From Fidelibacterota bacterium (GTDB taxonomy: Bacteria; Fidelibacterota; Fidelibacteria; Fidelibacterales; DSDE01), in NCBI GenBank assembly GCA_046735395.1, contig JBJKQR010000062.1, positions 32,001 through 96,000 of the forward strand: a stretch of DNA of 64,000 nucleotides, in the 5' to 3' direction. This document shows, piece after piece, positions 1-8,951 of the stretch. Position 1 is the stretch's first letter. Every line of letters starts with the position of its first letter. The position numbers and the translations under genes were made by a program. The notes beneath the pieces are model-generated. The model did not search any database. It saw only the letters and a program-made list of their open reading frames with translations, and was not told the DNA's origin.

Positions 1-977
1 AAGCGGGAATTGGGCAGTTTCTGCAGCACGGACGCCGGATACTGGTTATCGGCCTCACTCTGAACCGAATCCCGAACGATGAGGGATTTGGCTTCACCGG
101 CAGCAATAATTATGGCCGTCGTATCCGGATTATGAGCAATGGTGTCCAGTCCGATGGTAATAACCAGACTGTTCCGCGCAACTTCAATGCCGCCCAGATC
201 CGTGGCCGCCGCAGCCTGAGTCTCATAATTGGTTTCTATGAGCCGTGTCGTCGAGAAATGGTCACTTCCCTTGACGTTGAAACCGATGTGGCCGTCCGGT
301 CCGATTCCGCCCAGAAAGAATCCGATACCGCCCAGATCGCGGATTTTCTTTTCATACTCCGTGCAGAACTGGTCGACAAGTTCAATCGTACGTTTCTGGA
401 GCCGTTCCATACGGCTCCCGGCCCAGCGCACTCTCAGACCGAGATCGACTTTCTTGTCGGGAAAGATTTCCTCCAGAGGCAGATCTTCCGCCGTTCCGAT
501 CTCATGCGTGTTGATAAGCAGTGCCTTGTCCGGGTCGAAATCAAAATTCTGGAAGTAATATTTTTTGATATAATGGTAAAAACTGTTGTGCTGATAAGGG
601 CTGATGGGATAAAATTCATCAATCTGAACAAAATGCAGGCTTCGCATGTCAGGACGAATCGCCGGATCAATCCCGTAACGTTTCAGTTCGGTCGCCGTGG
701 CCTCATCATCCCAGGTCCGCAGAAAGCGGGTTACCCAGGCGATAAAATGTTCCGGTGTCTTTCCGGTCGGCAGAGACACGACCCCGCCCGGGTTCTTCTG
801 CACCCATTCAATGAAGCGCAGCGCTGTCATTTTACCGAGTTCGGGAAAATTGTTAACCTGTACAATGGGAATTTTTTCTGCAGGGTCATAGATGAGTTCC
901 TTGCCGCTTTGAGACAGAAAATATTCCTCAACGGCGCTGAGCTGATAGGTGGATTTTTTTACAGGTGATGTTTTCAT
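1..977 (-). CDS. Glucosamine-6-phosphate deaminase/isomerase (NagB)-like protein, runs off the left edge
   Basis: Not in the ORF track. Hand translation from ATG at 977 gives MKTSPVKK...VVSLPTGKTPEHF...FFLGGIGPDGHIGFN...TTRL...ITIGLDTI, matching the NagB LPTG-TP and GxxGHIGFN motifs. N- and C-terminal parts are in one frame and no stop was seen. Confidence 0.8.
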   Translation of the reverse strand, partial: MKTSPVKKSTYQLSAVEEYFLSQSGKELIYDPAEKIPIVQVNNFPELGKMTALRFIEWVQKNPGGVVSLPTGKTPEHFIAWVTRFLRTWDDEATATELKRYGIDPAIRPDMRSLHFVQIDEFYPISPYQHNSFYHYIKKYYFQNFDFDPDKALLINTHEIGTAEDLPLEEIFPDKKVDLGLRVRWAGSRMERLQKRTIELVDQFCTEYEKKIRDLGGIGFFLGGIGPDGHIGFNVKGSDHFSTTRLIETNYETQAAAATDLGGIEVARNSLVITIGLDTIAHNPDTTAIIIAAGEAKSLIVRDSVQSEADNQYPASVLQKLPNSR

Positions 978-1081
978 GAGATATTATCCTTTTCCTCTCT
1001 AAGGCGCAAATTTGCACACTTTTCGTGGCAATTACCAAGGAAAAATGACGTGGGAGTAAAAAAATTCGTTTATCTTACTAA

Positions 1082-1158
1082 CTTTCATGGTTTAATCGAA
1101 TTCATCAAGATATTTATTGCGACATAGTCTCAACTTTTTGTAAATTAAACCATGAAAG
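1082..1158. repeat. Perfect 15-bp inverted repeat with a 47-bp spacer upstream of feoA
   Basis: CTTTCATGGTTTAAT (1082-1096) is the exact reverse complement of ATTAAACCATGAAAG (1144-1158). Confidence 0.9.
1117..1133. promoter_or_regulatory. Putative Fur-like iron operator
   Basis: Imperfect palindrome TTGCGACA-T-AGTCTCAA resembles TTGAnAATnATTnTCAA-type Fur boxes and lies about 35 bp before feoA. Confidence 0.55.
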
Positions 1159-1167
1159 GAAGCGACC

Positions 1168-1437
1168 ATGACTCTGAGAGATCTGAATGAAGGGGATTCG
1201 GCAATTATCGTTGATCTCAGCGGCAACAATGATTTTGTTAACCGGCTTTCAGAAATGGGGTTTACCAGCGGAACCCCTGTTTTCATAGAAAAATTTGCTC
1301 CGTTGCGTGACCCCATGGAAATCGTAATCCGGGGTTATCACCTCACCCTGCGACGTCAGGATGCGGAGGCTGTGACCGTTATTCCTGTTCAAGACAGAGG
1401 GCGGGGACGACGGCGACGGAAACGGCATCATGTCTGA
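1168..1437 (+). CDS. feoA: Ferrous iron transport protein A
   Basis: RLSEMGFTSG...APLRDPMEIVIRGYHLTLRR..A FeoA signature; overlaps the feoB start. Confidence 0.93.
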   Translation: MTLRDLNEGDSAIIVDLSGNNDFVNRLSEMGFTSGTPVFIEKFAPLRDPMEIVIRGYHLTLRRQDAEAVTVIPVQDRGRGRRRRKRHHV

Positions 1438-3577
1438 TACGCCGTCTCTGCTGAAATGCGCCCTGGCCGGCAATCCCAACAGCGGTAAAAGTTCGGTATT
1501 CAACGCTCTCACGGGCGCCCGGCAAAAGATCGGGAACTGGCCCGGCGTAACAGTGGAAAAAAAGGAAAGCATCATTCCGACACGCAGGGGACAGATCCAT
1601 CTCACGGATCTGCCCGGCATCTATTCACTGACGCCCCGCAGCATTGAGGAAAACATCGCCTTTCGTCATATTCTCGAGGATAAACCGGATCTTATCATTA
1701 ATGTGGTGGATGCAAAGAATCTGGACAGGAATCTCTATCTGACTGCACAGCTTCTGGAAACCGGCATACCCTTACTTCTGATACTGAATATGATAGACCG
1801 GGCTGAAGCAGCCGAAGTCAACATCGACATTCCCGCACTCAGCCTCCTTCTGGGCGTTCCTGTGATCGCCAGCAGCGCCAGGTCCGGCCGTGGCATTTCC
1901 GATATTGAATTCTGGCTGACCGAGGCGATATCTTCACCAGCCATGCTTTCACGACGACAGATTGACATCCCTTACAGCCGTGATATAGAGGCCGCGCTGA
2001 CAAGCCTCACGGCACTCATATCGGATGGAGAGTTCCCCCTGACACAACGCTGGACCGCCATACAGCTTCTGGAGGACAACGACACGGCCCGCAAATATCT
2101 TCCCGCCGACAGCCCTTTGCTCGATGCAGCCTCCGGACAGAGAAAACACCTTATGGCGCATCAGCAACAGGAACCGGGCCGTCAATTTACAGCCGGCCGC
2201 TATGCCTTCATCGCCGGACTTATCACCGAGACAGTCCGTCAGAAAAACACCCAAAACCTGAGCAGCAGCCAGAAACTTGATCGAATTCTTACACATAAAT
2301 ATCTGGGCATCCCCATCTTTCTGCTGTTACTCTGGCTGACATTCAAGCTCACTTTTGAGGGCGGCCAGTGGCCGATGCAGCTAATAGACATGGGCTTTCA
2401 CAAGCTGTCAGGCCTGGCCTCAGCACTGCTTCCGGCCGGGACTTTCCGCGAATTGATCACCGATGGCCTTATCACCGGTATCGGCAGTATCGCCGTCTTT
2501 ATCCCGAACATTTTTATCCTGTTCTTCCTTATTTCATTCATGGAAGATAGTGGCTACATGGCTCGCGGCGCATTCATCATGGACCGCGTCATGCACAGCA
2601 TCGGCCTCCATGGAAAAGCCTTCATCCCCATGATCATGGGCTTCGGCTGCAATGTCCCTGCAATTATCGGCACTCGGATTCTTGAGTCGGAACGGGATCG
2701 ACGCCTCAGCATTCTCATCAATCCGCTGATTTCCTGTTCGGCCCGACTCCCGGTATATATCCTGCTGACCGGAGCCTTTTTTCCCCGACACGGTGCAGCC
2801 GTCATCCTTTCAATCTATGTAATCAGTATTTCCCTGGCCGTTCTCATCGGACGCCTGTTCAGCCGAACCCTTTTCAAAGGCGATTCGCTCCCCTTTGTCA
2901 TGGAACTTCCGCCCTATCTACCTCCGTCCCCTTCCCTGCTTCTCCGCCACACCTGGGAGCGTGTCTCTCTCTTTATCCGGAAGATGGGCACGGTCATCCT
3001 GGCGGGATCCGTTATTATCTGGGCCCTGTCCGCGTTTCCCCGCCATGTCCCGGCACAGCAGGAACTGGATGCACACCTTCAGACGCTGAAGCAGTCAGGC
3101 GCGAAAAATATTTCAGATACGGCCGACAGCCCAAATGCTGCCGAACTTGAAAAAGAATACCGTCCGCAGATCGTCGAACAACGTTTTCTCGGCAGAATCG
3201 GAAAAAGTCTTGAACCGGTCATGGCCCCCATCAGTCTGGACTGGCGAGAATCTGTATCGCTCCTGGTCGGCTTCGTAGCCAAAGAATTTGTGGTTTCAAC
3301 CTTTGCCATTCTCTATGGTCATGAAGACGACGGCAAGGGGCAGAATACGGGGCTGGTCAGCCGGCTTCAGCAGGGTGCGCTCACACCGCTGAGAGCCTTT
3401 GTGTTCATGATATTTACTCTGATCTACACGCCCTGCCTTGCCACGGTCGCTGCCATCCGCCAGGAAACCGGAAGCTGGAAATGGGCGGGGTTTTCCATTG
3501 CCTACAGCCTGATTCTTGCCTGGCTGCTATCTTTTGTCATTTACCAGACCGGCCTGTTTTTCATAGGGAGGATATGA
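1430..3577 (+). CDS. feoB: Ferrous iron transport protein B
   Basis: GTPase motifs GNPNSGKS, NWPGVTVE, DLPG, NMID; membrane domain with GFGCNVPA, CSARLPVY, FVMELPPY, YTPC. Confidence 0.97.
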   Translation: MSDTPSLLKCALAGNPNSGKSSVFNALTGARQKIGNWPGVTVEKKESIIPTRRGQIHLTDLPGIYSLTPRSIEENIAFRHILEDKPDLIINVVDAKNLDRNLYLTAQLLETGIPLLLILNMIDRAEAAEVNIDIPALSLLLGVPVIASSARSGRGISDIEFWLTEAISSPAMLSRRQIDIPYSRDIEAALTSLTALISDGEFPLTQRWTAIQLLEDNDTARKYLPADSPLLDAASGQRKHLMAHQQQEPGRQFTAGRYAFIAGLITETVRQKNTQNLSSSQKLDRILTHKYLGIPIFLLLLWLTFKLTFEGGQWPMQLIDMGFHKLSGLASALLPAGTFRELITDGLITGIGSIAVFIPNIFILFFLISFMEDSGYMARGAFIMDRVMHSIGLHGKAFIPMIMGFGCNVPAIIGTRILESERDRRLSILINPLISCSARLPVYILLTGAFFPRHGAAVILSIYVISISLAVLIGRLFSRTLFKGDSLPFVMELPPYLPPSPSLLLRHTWERVSLFIRKMGTVILAGSVIIWALSAFPRHVPAQQELDAHLQTLKQSGAKNISDTADSPNAAELEKEYRPQIVEQRFLGRIGKSLEPVMAPISLDWRESVSLLVGFVAKEFVVSTFAILYGHEDDGKGQNTGLVSRLQQGALTPLRAFVFMIFTLIYTPCLATVAAIRQETGSWKWAGFSIAYSLILAWLLSFVIYQTGLFFIGRI

Positions 3578-3580
3578 TTC

Positions 3581-3784
3581 ATGTTTGATTTCATCGCAAC
3601 GGGGATCGTTCTGATCACAGCCCTGCTCTATATGAAACGCTTTCTGAAGCGCGAACTATCCGCCGGAGCAGGTTGCCATGACTGCCCCCTTTCCACCGGC
3701 TGCAACAGATCCGGCCCGGCATGCAGCCCGCCAGCTCAACACCTTTGTACAACAGGGCCCGATACGGACCCCAAAATAAAATAA
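3581..3784 (+). CDS. FeoB-associated Cys-rich membrane protein
   Basis: 67 aa; N-terminal TM helix then GCHDCPLSTGC...C...C; starts 3 bp after feoB. Confidence 0.7.
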   Translation: MFDFIATGIVLITALLYMKRFLKRELSAGAGCHDCPLSTGCNRSGPACSPPAQHLCTTGPDTDPKIK

Positions 3785-3821
3785 TTTGATAATTCAAAAA
3801 TAATTTATGTATATTTGCTTC

Positions 3822-4223
3822 ATGAGACTGAGAACTCTTTTTTTTATGCTTGCTCTTTTTTTCGCATTCGCTAATGCCGAGAACGCGGTTAATCAGTTCC
3901 ATGCCTACAAACAGAGCGGAAAGATCGTCCTGGAATGGAATTCCGGAGACGAACAGCCAATAAGCTATTTCATTGTTCAGCGGAGTATGGACAATGGCCA
4001 GTCCTGGTTTGATCTGAGCCGCATCTCTCCGTATGGAAATGGGTCCGCATATCTTTATATTGACGACAGGGTATTCGGGGGAAAAGGTGATCTCGTCTAC
4101 TATTATCGCCTGAAAATATTTTACAGGGACGGCAGTGTTCAGTTCACGGCTCCTGTCAATGTCACGCTGGATGTTTCTTCGGTCCAGATGACCTGGGGCA
4201 GCATCAAGGCCATGTTCAGATAA
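3822..4223 (+). CDS. Secreted single Ig/FN3-like domain protein with C-terminal TWGSIKAMFR tail
   Basis: Signal peptide MRLRTLFFMLALFFAFANA; LEW...FIVQRS...YLYID...YYYRLKI..DG pattern. Start placed at the second Met. Confidence 0.75.
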   Translation: MRLRTLFFMLALFFAFANAENAVNQFHAYKQSGKIVLEWNSGDEQPISYFIVQRSMDNGQSWFDLSRISPYGNGSAYLYIDDRVFGGKGDLVYYYRLKIFYRDGSVQFTAPVNVTLDVSSVQMTWGSIKAMFR

Positions 4224-4244
4224 TTTTCCAATTTCAGATAATTG

Positions 4245-4275
4245 AAAAAGAGCCGGATATTGATCCGGTTTTTTT
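4245..4275 (+). terminator. Intrinsic terminator
   Basis: GCCGGAT-ATTG-ATCCGGT hairpin followed by a T run and preceded by an A run. Confidence 0.75.
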
Positions 4276-4451
4276 GTATCCCCATTGTTTTCCGAACAGA
4301 AAAGCTGCTGAAAAACCGGGATTTGCGGCAAGTTTGGGAAATTTTTCCGCCAATCTGTCACATTGTGGCAAGATTTCCGGATCTATCTGTAATTTTTTAA
4401 TGCACTGCTCAAGGATAAAAGCTAAATTCCGGCAACAAATAACACGGGGAT

Positions 4452-5075
4452 ATGAAGAAAAATATCGCTGTCTTTGCGTCAGGTACAGGATCGAATTTCA
4501 CGTATATACACGATTCTCTGAAGAGTAACGAATCGGCGGGGCGTATTGCCCTCTGTGTTTCCAATGTGGATCAGGCCGCAGTTCTCACCCGCGCAGCAGA
4601 TTACGGCATTCCCGTGAGAGTATTTCACCGAAATCAGTTCGCAACGTATGCTGAGTACGCCCGGGACATTCTGCAGACGCTGCAGGAGCATGCAATCGAC
4701 ATTATCGTTCTGGCCGGATATCTGGTAAAAGTTCCGTCACTGGTAACGGATCAATATGCGGGCCGGGTCATCAATATTCACCCGGCATTGCTCCCGTCCT
4801 TCGGAGGCAAGGGCTTTTTCGGCCGGCATGTGCATGAAGCGGTCATTAATGCGGGAGTCCGGGTCAGCGGCATTACCATTCATTTTGCAGACGGGGATTA
4901 CGATCGGGGAGGCATTATTCTCCAGAAGGCTCTCGCCGTTCATCCCGATGACAGCGCCGAATCACTGGCTGCACGGGTACTGAAATTGGAACATCTCTGG
5001 TATCCGCGGATTGTCAGGGATTTGTGTGAAGGAAAAATTCAACGACGAAACGGGAAAATTATAATCAATGAGTGA
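4452..5075 (+). CDS. purN: Phosphoribosylglycinamide formyltransferase
   Basis: IAVFASGTGSN, VLAGY, INIHPALLPSFGG, HEAV, YDRG motifs. Confidence 0.96.
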   Translation: MKKNIAVFASGTGSNFTYIHDSLKSNESAGRIALCVSNVDQAAVLTRAADYGIPVRVFHRNQFATYAEYARDILQTLQEHAIDIIVLAGYLVKVPSLVTDQYAGRVINIHPALLPSFGGKGFFGRHVHEAVINAGVRVSGITIHFADGDYDRGGIILQKALAVHPDDSAESLAARVLKLEHLWYPRIVRDLCEGKIQRRNGKIIINE

Positions 5076-6609
5076 ACGAGTTCTTTTTTCGGTTACCGAC
5101 AAAAGCGGAGTGGTGGAATTTGCACAGGGCTTGCATAAACGGGGCCTGGAAATTGTAGCCAGCGGCGGAACGGCCGCCGCAATCAGCGCTGCCGGCATTC
5201 CTGTAATCTCCGTTGAGGCCATCACCTCCTACCCGTCCATTCTGGACGGAAGAGTGAAGACCCTTCATCCGCTCATCTTCGGCGGCATCCTGGGCGATAT
5301 ACATAATGACAAACATCTGACAGAGATGAAGCACTACGATATCCGGCCCTTTGCGCTGGTCGTCTGCAATTTCTATGACTTTTCCTCAGCGCTGCGGAGC
5401 GGAGACGGCAAACCGGAGACCATGATTGAGAAAATCGACGTGGGAGGACCGAGTATGTTGCGTGCCGCGGCAAAAAATCATGCCGCCTGCATTCCGGTTT
5501 TTTCATCCGGCCAATATGATGATCTCCTGTCACAGATAGACAGGTTCGGATCCCTGTCCGCAATCCCCGATGATCTGCGGCTTCGCTACAGCGCTCTCGC
5601 CTTCCGTTACTCTGCAGACTACGAAGCAGCTATCAGCGAATTCTTTGAGACCTTCCTTACACCGGAGGACGGACTTCCCGACCGTCTGAATCTTCGGCTG
5701 GTCAAAGCCACCGATATGCGCTACGGAGAGAATCCCTTTCAAAAAGCCGCCCTCTACCGCAGAGGCGGGGAAACGACCTGGGAGCAGCTGCACGGCAAGG
5801 AACTCAGCTACAATAATTATGCGGATATACAGAGCGCCCGGGAAATCGTATTAACTTACGATGAACCGGCCGTATCCATTATCAAGCACAGCAATCCCTG
5901 CGGCTTCGGCCTCGCGGACTCGGCAGACAATGCCTATCTGAAGGCCGTCACCACGGATCCGGTTTCCTATTACGGCGGAATCGTGGGATTCAACCGGGAA
6001 GTGGACGATCGCTGCGCAGGCGAACTGGCCAAAAGTTTTCTGGAATGCATCATCGCTCCGTCCTACAGTGCGGGCGCATTGGAAATTCTTCAGAAAAAGA
6101 AGAATCTTCGCCTCCTTCGCTATGCGGACTCGGAAATCCGGCCCGGACTGGAGTACAAGGCGCTGGATGTAGGTATTCTCGTTCAGGAACGGGATACGGG
6201 CATGGGCAGCGAATCCGGCTTGGAATGTGTCACAGCCATCCGGCCTGATGAGTCGGACCTCCCGGCGCTGCGCATCGGCTGGGATCTGGTTCGGCATGTC
6301 AAGTCCAACGCCATAGTCTTTGCCTCGGCAGACCGCTTACTTGGCGTGGGAGCCGGACAGATGTCCAGAGTTGATTCCGTCAAGATTGCCATCCGGAAAA
6401 GCAAGGAAGCCGGCCTGGACCTGAAAGGCAGCATCCTCGCCTCCGATGCATTCTTTCCCTTCCCCGATGTCGTGGATCTCATCCGGGAACTGGGTGTCCG
6501 CGGCATCATTCAACCGGGAGGAAGCATCCGGGATCAGGAAGTCATCGACGCCTGCAACGAACACAAACTTTTTATGTTATTCACCCATCACAGACATTTC
6601 AGACATTAA
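5068..6609 (+). CDS. purH: AICAR transformylase/IMP cyclohydrolase
   Basis: GRVKTLHP, IDVGGPSMLRAAAKN, RYGENP, KHSNPCG, ASDAFFPF, terminal RHFRH. Confidence 0.97.
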   Translation: MSERVLFSVTDKSGVVEFAQGLHKRGLEIVASGGTAAAISAAGIPVISVEAITSYPSILDGRVKTLHPLIFGGILGDIHNDKHLTEMKHYDIRPFALVVCNFYDFSSALRSGDGKPETMIEKIDVGGPSMLRAAAKNHAACIPVFSSGQYDDLLSQIDRFGSLSAIPDDLRLRYSALAFRYSADYEAAISEFFETFLTPEDGLPDRLNLRLVKATDMRYGENPFQKAALYRRGGETTWEQLHGKELSYNNYADIQSAREIVLTYDEPAVSIIKHSNPCGFGLADSADNAYLKAVTTDPVSYYGGIVGFNREVDDRCAGELAKSFLECIIAPSYSAGALEILQKKKNLRLLRYADSEIRPGLEYKALDVGILVQERDTGMGSESGLECVTAIRPDESDLPALRIGWDLVRHVKSNAIVFASADRLLGVGAGQMSRVDSVKIAIRKSKEAGLDLKGSILASDAFFPFPDVVDLIRELGVRGIIQPGGSIRDQEVIDACNEHKLFMLFTHHRHFRH

Positions 6610-6621
6610 AGGAATAAAATT

Positions 6622-7635
6622 ATGAAGTTACCATTTTTCAACAGACTTTCCGGTGATATCGCCATCGATCTTGGCACGGCTAATACTCTCATTTATCTGA
6701 AGGGACGGGGCATTGTCATCAATGAACCCAGTATCGTCGCCTACTCGTCCAGCCTGAGAAAAGTGATTGCCGTGGGCCGGGAAGCCAAGGAAATGCTTGG
6801 TAAGACCCATCCGGATATTTCCATTATCAGACCGCTGAAAGATGGCGTCATTGCAAACTTTGAAATGACGGACGGCATGATTCAGGGTTTTATAAAAAAA
6901 ATCAATATCAGCAGATTTGCCCGGCCGCGCATGGCTGTCTGTGTCCCCTCCGGTATTACGGAAGTGGAAAAGAGAGCCGTCAAGGACAGCGCTGAAAGGG
7001 CGAATGCCAGAGAGGTTCATCTCATTGAGGAACCGGTTGCAGCGGCGATTGGTATTGATATCGATATTTCCAAACCGATCGGCAGCATGATTGTGGATAT
7101 CGGCGGCGGAACGACCGAAATTGCTGTCATCGCCTTGAACGGTGTGGTGACCAAGGAGTCCATCCGGGTGGCCGGTGATAAAATGGATGATGCCATTATT
7201 CAGTATTTCCGGCGTGAGCATAACCTCCTGATCGGCGAGAGAACAGCGGAAACCATTAAAATGACGGTCGGATCGGCCTTCCCGGGCAATGATCAGATCA
7301 TTCAGGTCAAGGGACGCAACCTGGTTGCCGGTATTCCCCGCACCATCGAAATCAATTCCTCCGAAATCCGCGAATGCCTCCGGGAAACGGTGGACATCAT
7401 TGTGGACGGCATTAAACGGACTCTGGAAAGCACACCGCCCGAACTGTCCTCCGATATTCTGGACCGGGGTATCATTCTCACCGGTGGCGGCGGGATGCTG
7501 AGAGGACTGGACCAGCGAATCATCGCCGAAACCGAACTGCCTGTCAATGTAGCTGAAGAACCTCTGCTGTCCGTTATCCGCGGGACCGGCAAGGCGCTTG
7601 ACAATCTGGAAAAATATGCGGACGTGCTGACGTGA
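6622..7635 (+). CDS. mreB: Rod shape-determining protein MreB
   Basis: IAIDLGTANT, VDIGGGTTE, LTGGG motifs. Confidence 0.97.
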   Translation: MKLPFFNRLSGDIAIDLGTANTLIYLKGRGIVINEPSIVAYSSSLRKVIAVGREAKEMLGKTHPDISIIRPLKDGVIANFEMTDGMIQGFIKKINISRFARPRMAVCVPSGITEVEKRAVKDSAERANAREVHLIEEPVAAAIGIDIDISKPIGSMIVDIGGGTTEIAVIALNGVVTKESIRVAGDKMDDAIIQYFRREHNLLIGERTAETIKMTVGSAFPGNDQIIQVKGRNLVAGIPRTIEINSSEIRECLRETVDIIVDGIKRTLESTPPELSSDILDRGIILTGGGGMLRGLDQRIIAETELPVNVAEEPLLSVIRGTGKALDNLEKYADVLT

Positions 7636-7636
7636 A

Positions 7637-8455
7637 ATGATTAAGCGATTTTATGATTTCCTAATTCAGAAGAGTGTTCAGGTATCTGCCTTTCTTCTGA
7701 TTATCCTGTCGCTTTTTATATTCATACAGAATGATCACCCGAGCATCCGGCGTATGCAGGGCGGCTTGGCCAATCTGTTGATTCCTGTGAAGGAACCGGC
7801 CATCTGGTTTGATCGGCAGATCAAGGCCCATGATGAAAATATCGTACTCACCCGCCGTATCATCACACTGAGTTCGGAAGCCAGCCGCTTCAGCATTCTG
7901 GCAGATGAAAACAAGCGTCTGCGCCGGCTTCTTGATTTCAGGAACAGTGTGAATATGGATATGATCCCCGCTCTCATCATCTCATCCGGGTCGCAGGGAA
8001 ATCTGAGCGGCCTTCTGCTCAACCGCGGCCTGGCCGATTCCATCCATGTGAATGATGCCATTCTCAATATGGACGGAATTGTGGGAAAGATCTATTTCGT
8101 CGGCCAGAATTCCAGCCTTGGCCAGATTCTGGCTGAGCCGAATTCCCGAATCTCCGTCAGCATCCGGCCGTCAAATGCCAAGGGCATTCTCCAGTGGTAC
8201 GGCGGCAATCGCTTCGTCGTCAAGGATATCCCCAACACCATGCAGATCAACAAGGACAATCTTGTCGTCTCCTCCGGCTATTCCGATATCTATCCGCCGG
8301 ATCTCCCGGTGGGTATCGTGGAGAATTCAGTTCCTGCTGCCGACGGTTTCACCATTACGGTGTACGGACGCCTGCTCGTGGATTTCAACCGTCTGGAGGA
8401 AGTCATGATTCTCAGAAAGAATCCCAACAGGCCGGAATTTATCTCTCAGCCCTGA
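7637..8455 (+). CDS. mreC: Rod shape-determining protein MreC
   Basis: N-terminal TM, ENKRLRRLL coiled coil, SSG...YPPDLPVG; follows mreB. Confidence 0.92.
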   Translation: MIKRFYDFLIQKSVQVSAFLLIILSLFIFIQNDHPSIRRMQGGLANLLIPVKEPAIWFDRQIKAHDENIVLTRRIITLSSEASRFSILADENKRLRRLLDFRNSVNMDMIPALIISSGSQGNLSGLLLNRGLADSIHVNDAILNMDGIVGKIYFVGQNSSLGQILAEPNSRISVSIRPSNAKGILQWYGGNRFVVKDIPNTMQINKDNLVVSSGYSDIYPPDLPVGIVENSVPAADGFTITVYGRLLVDFNRLEEVMILRKNPNRPEFISQP

Positions 8456-8471
8456 AAGGAGCATCTTCCCG

Positions 8472-8948
8472 GTGCTAAAGTTTTTAAAATTTCTCGTTTT
8501 CACTGCCGTGATCTTTGTCTTCCAGTTCATGTTCAATACCATTCTGGATGTTCGCGGTATTTTTCCTGATCTCATCCTGATCTATATGGCCTATCTCGCG
8601 TTTCGGCTTCCGCCCCTCTGGCTGGTGTGGGCGGCCTTTCTGCTTGGCATCTCCCAGGATATTTTCTTCAATATCGGCCTCATCGGCCTCAATCCCCTCG
8701 TCAAGGTCATTACCGCTCTGGGGCTGATCAAGATCGTGGAGTACGAACGAAATTTCAATAATATTGTCAATATCCTCCTCATCGCCTTTCTCTTCCTTAT
8801 CGCCATCAATTTCTACGATTCTCTCTTTTTCTTCGGACTGCGCGACCGGGGATATTCACTGGTTCTGAAATACAGCCTGCCCAAAACACTCTATACCATT
8901 TCGCTGCTCTTTCTTATTAACTTTTATTTTCCGGTCAGACGCAGCTGA
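8472..8948 (+). CDS. mreD: Rod shape-determining protein MreD
   Basis: Hydrophobic 158 aa with PDLIL and LLGISQD; lies between mreC and mrdA; GTG start. Confidence 0.85.
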   Translation: MLKFLKFLVFTAVIFVFQFMFNTILDVRGIFPDLILIYMAYLAFRLPPLWLVWAAFLLGISQDIFFNIGLIGLNPLVKVITALGLIKIVEYERNFNNIVNILLIAFLFLIAINFYDSLFFFGLRDRGYSLVLKYSLPKTLYTISLLFLINFYFPVRRS

Positions 8949-8951
8949 ACC

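Noticed and set aside
132..968. 278-aa plus-strand ORF
   Set aside because: Antisense shadow of the minus-strand NagB-like gene; no recognisable motifs.
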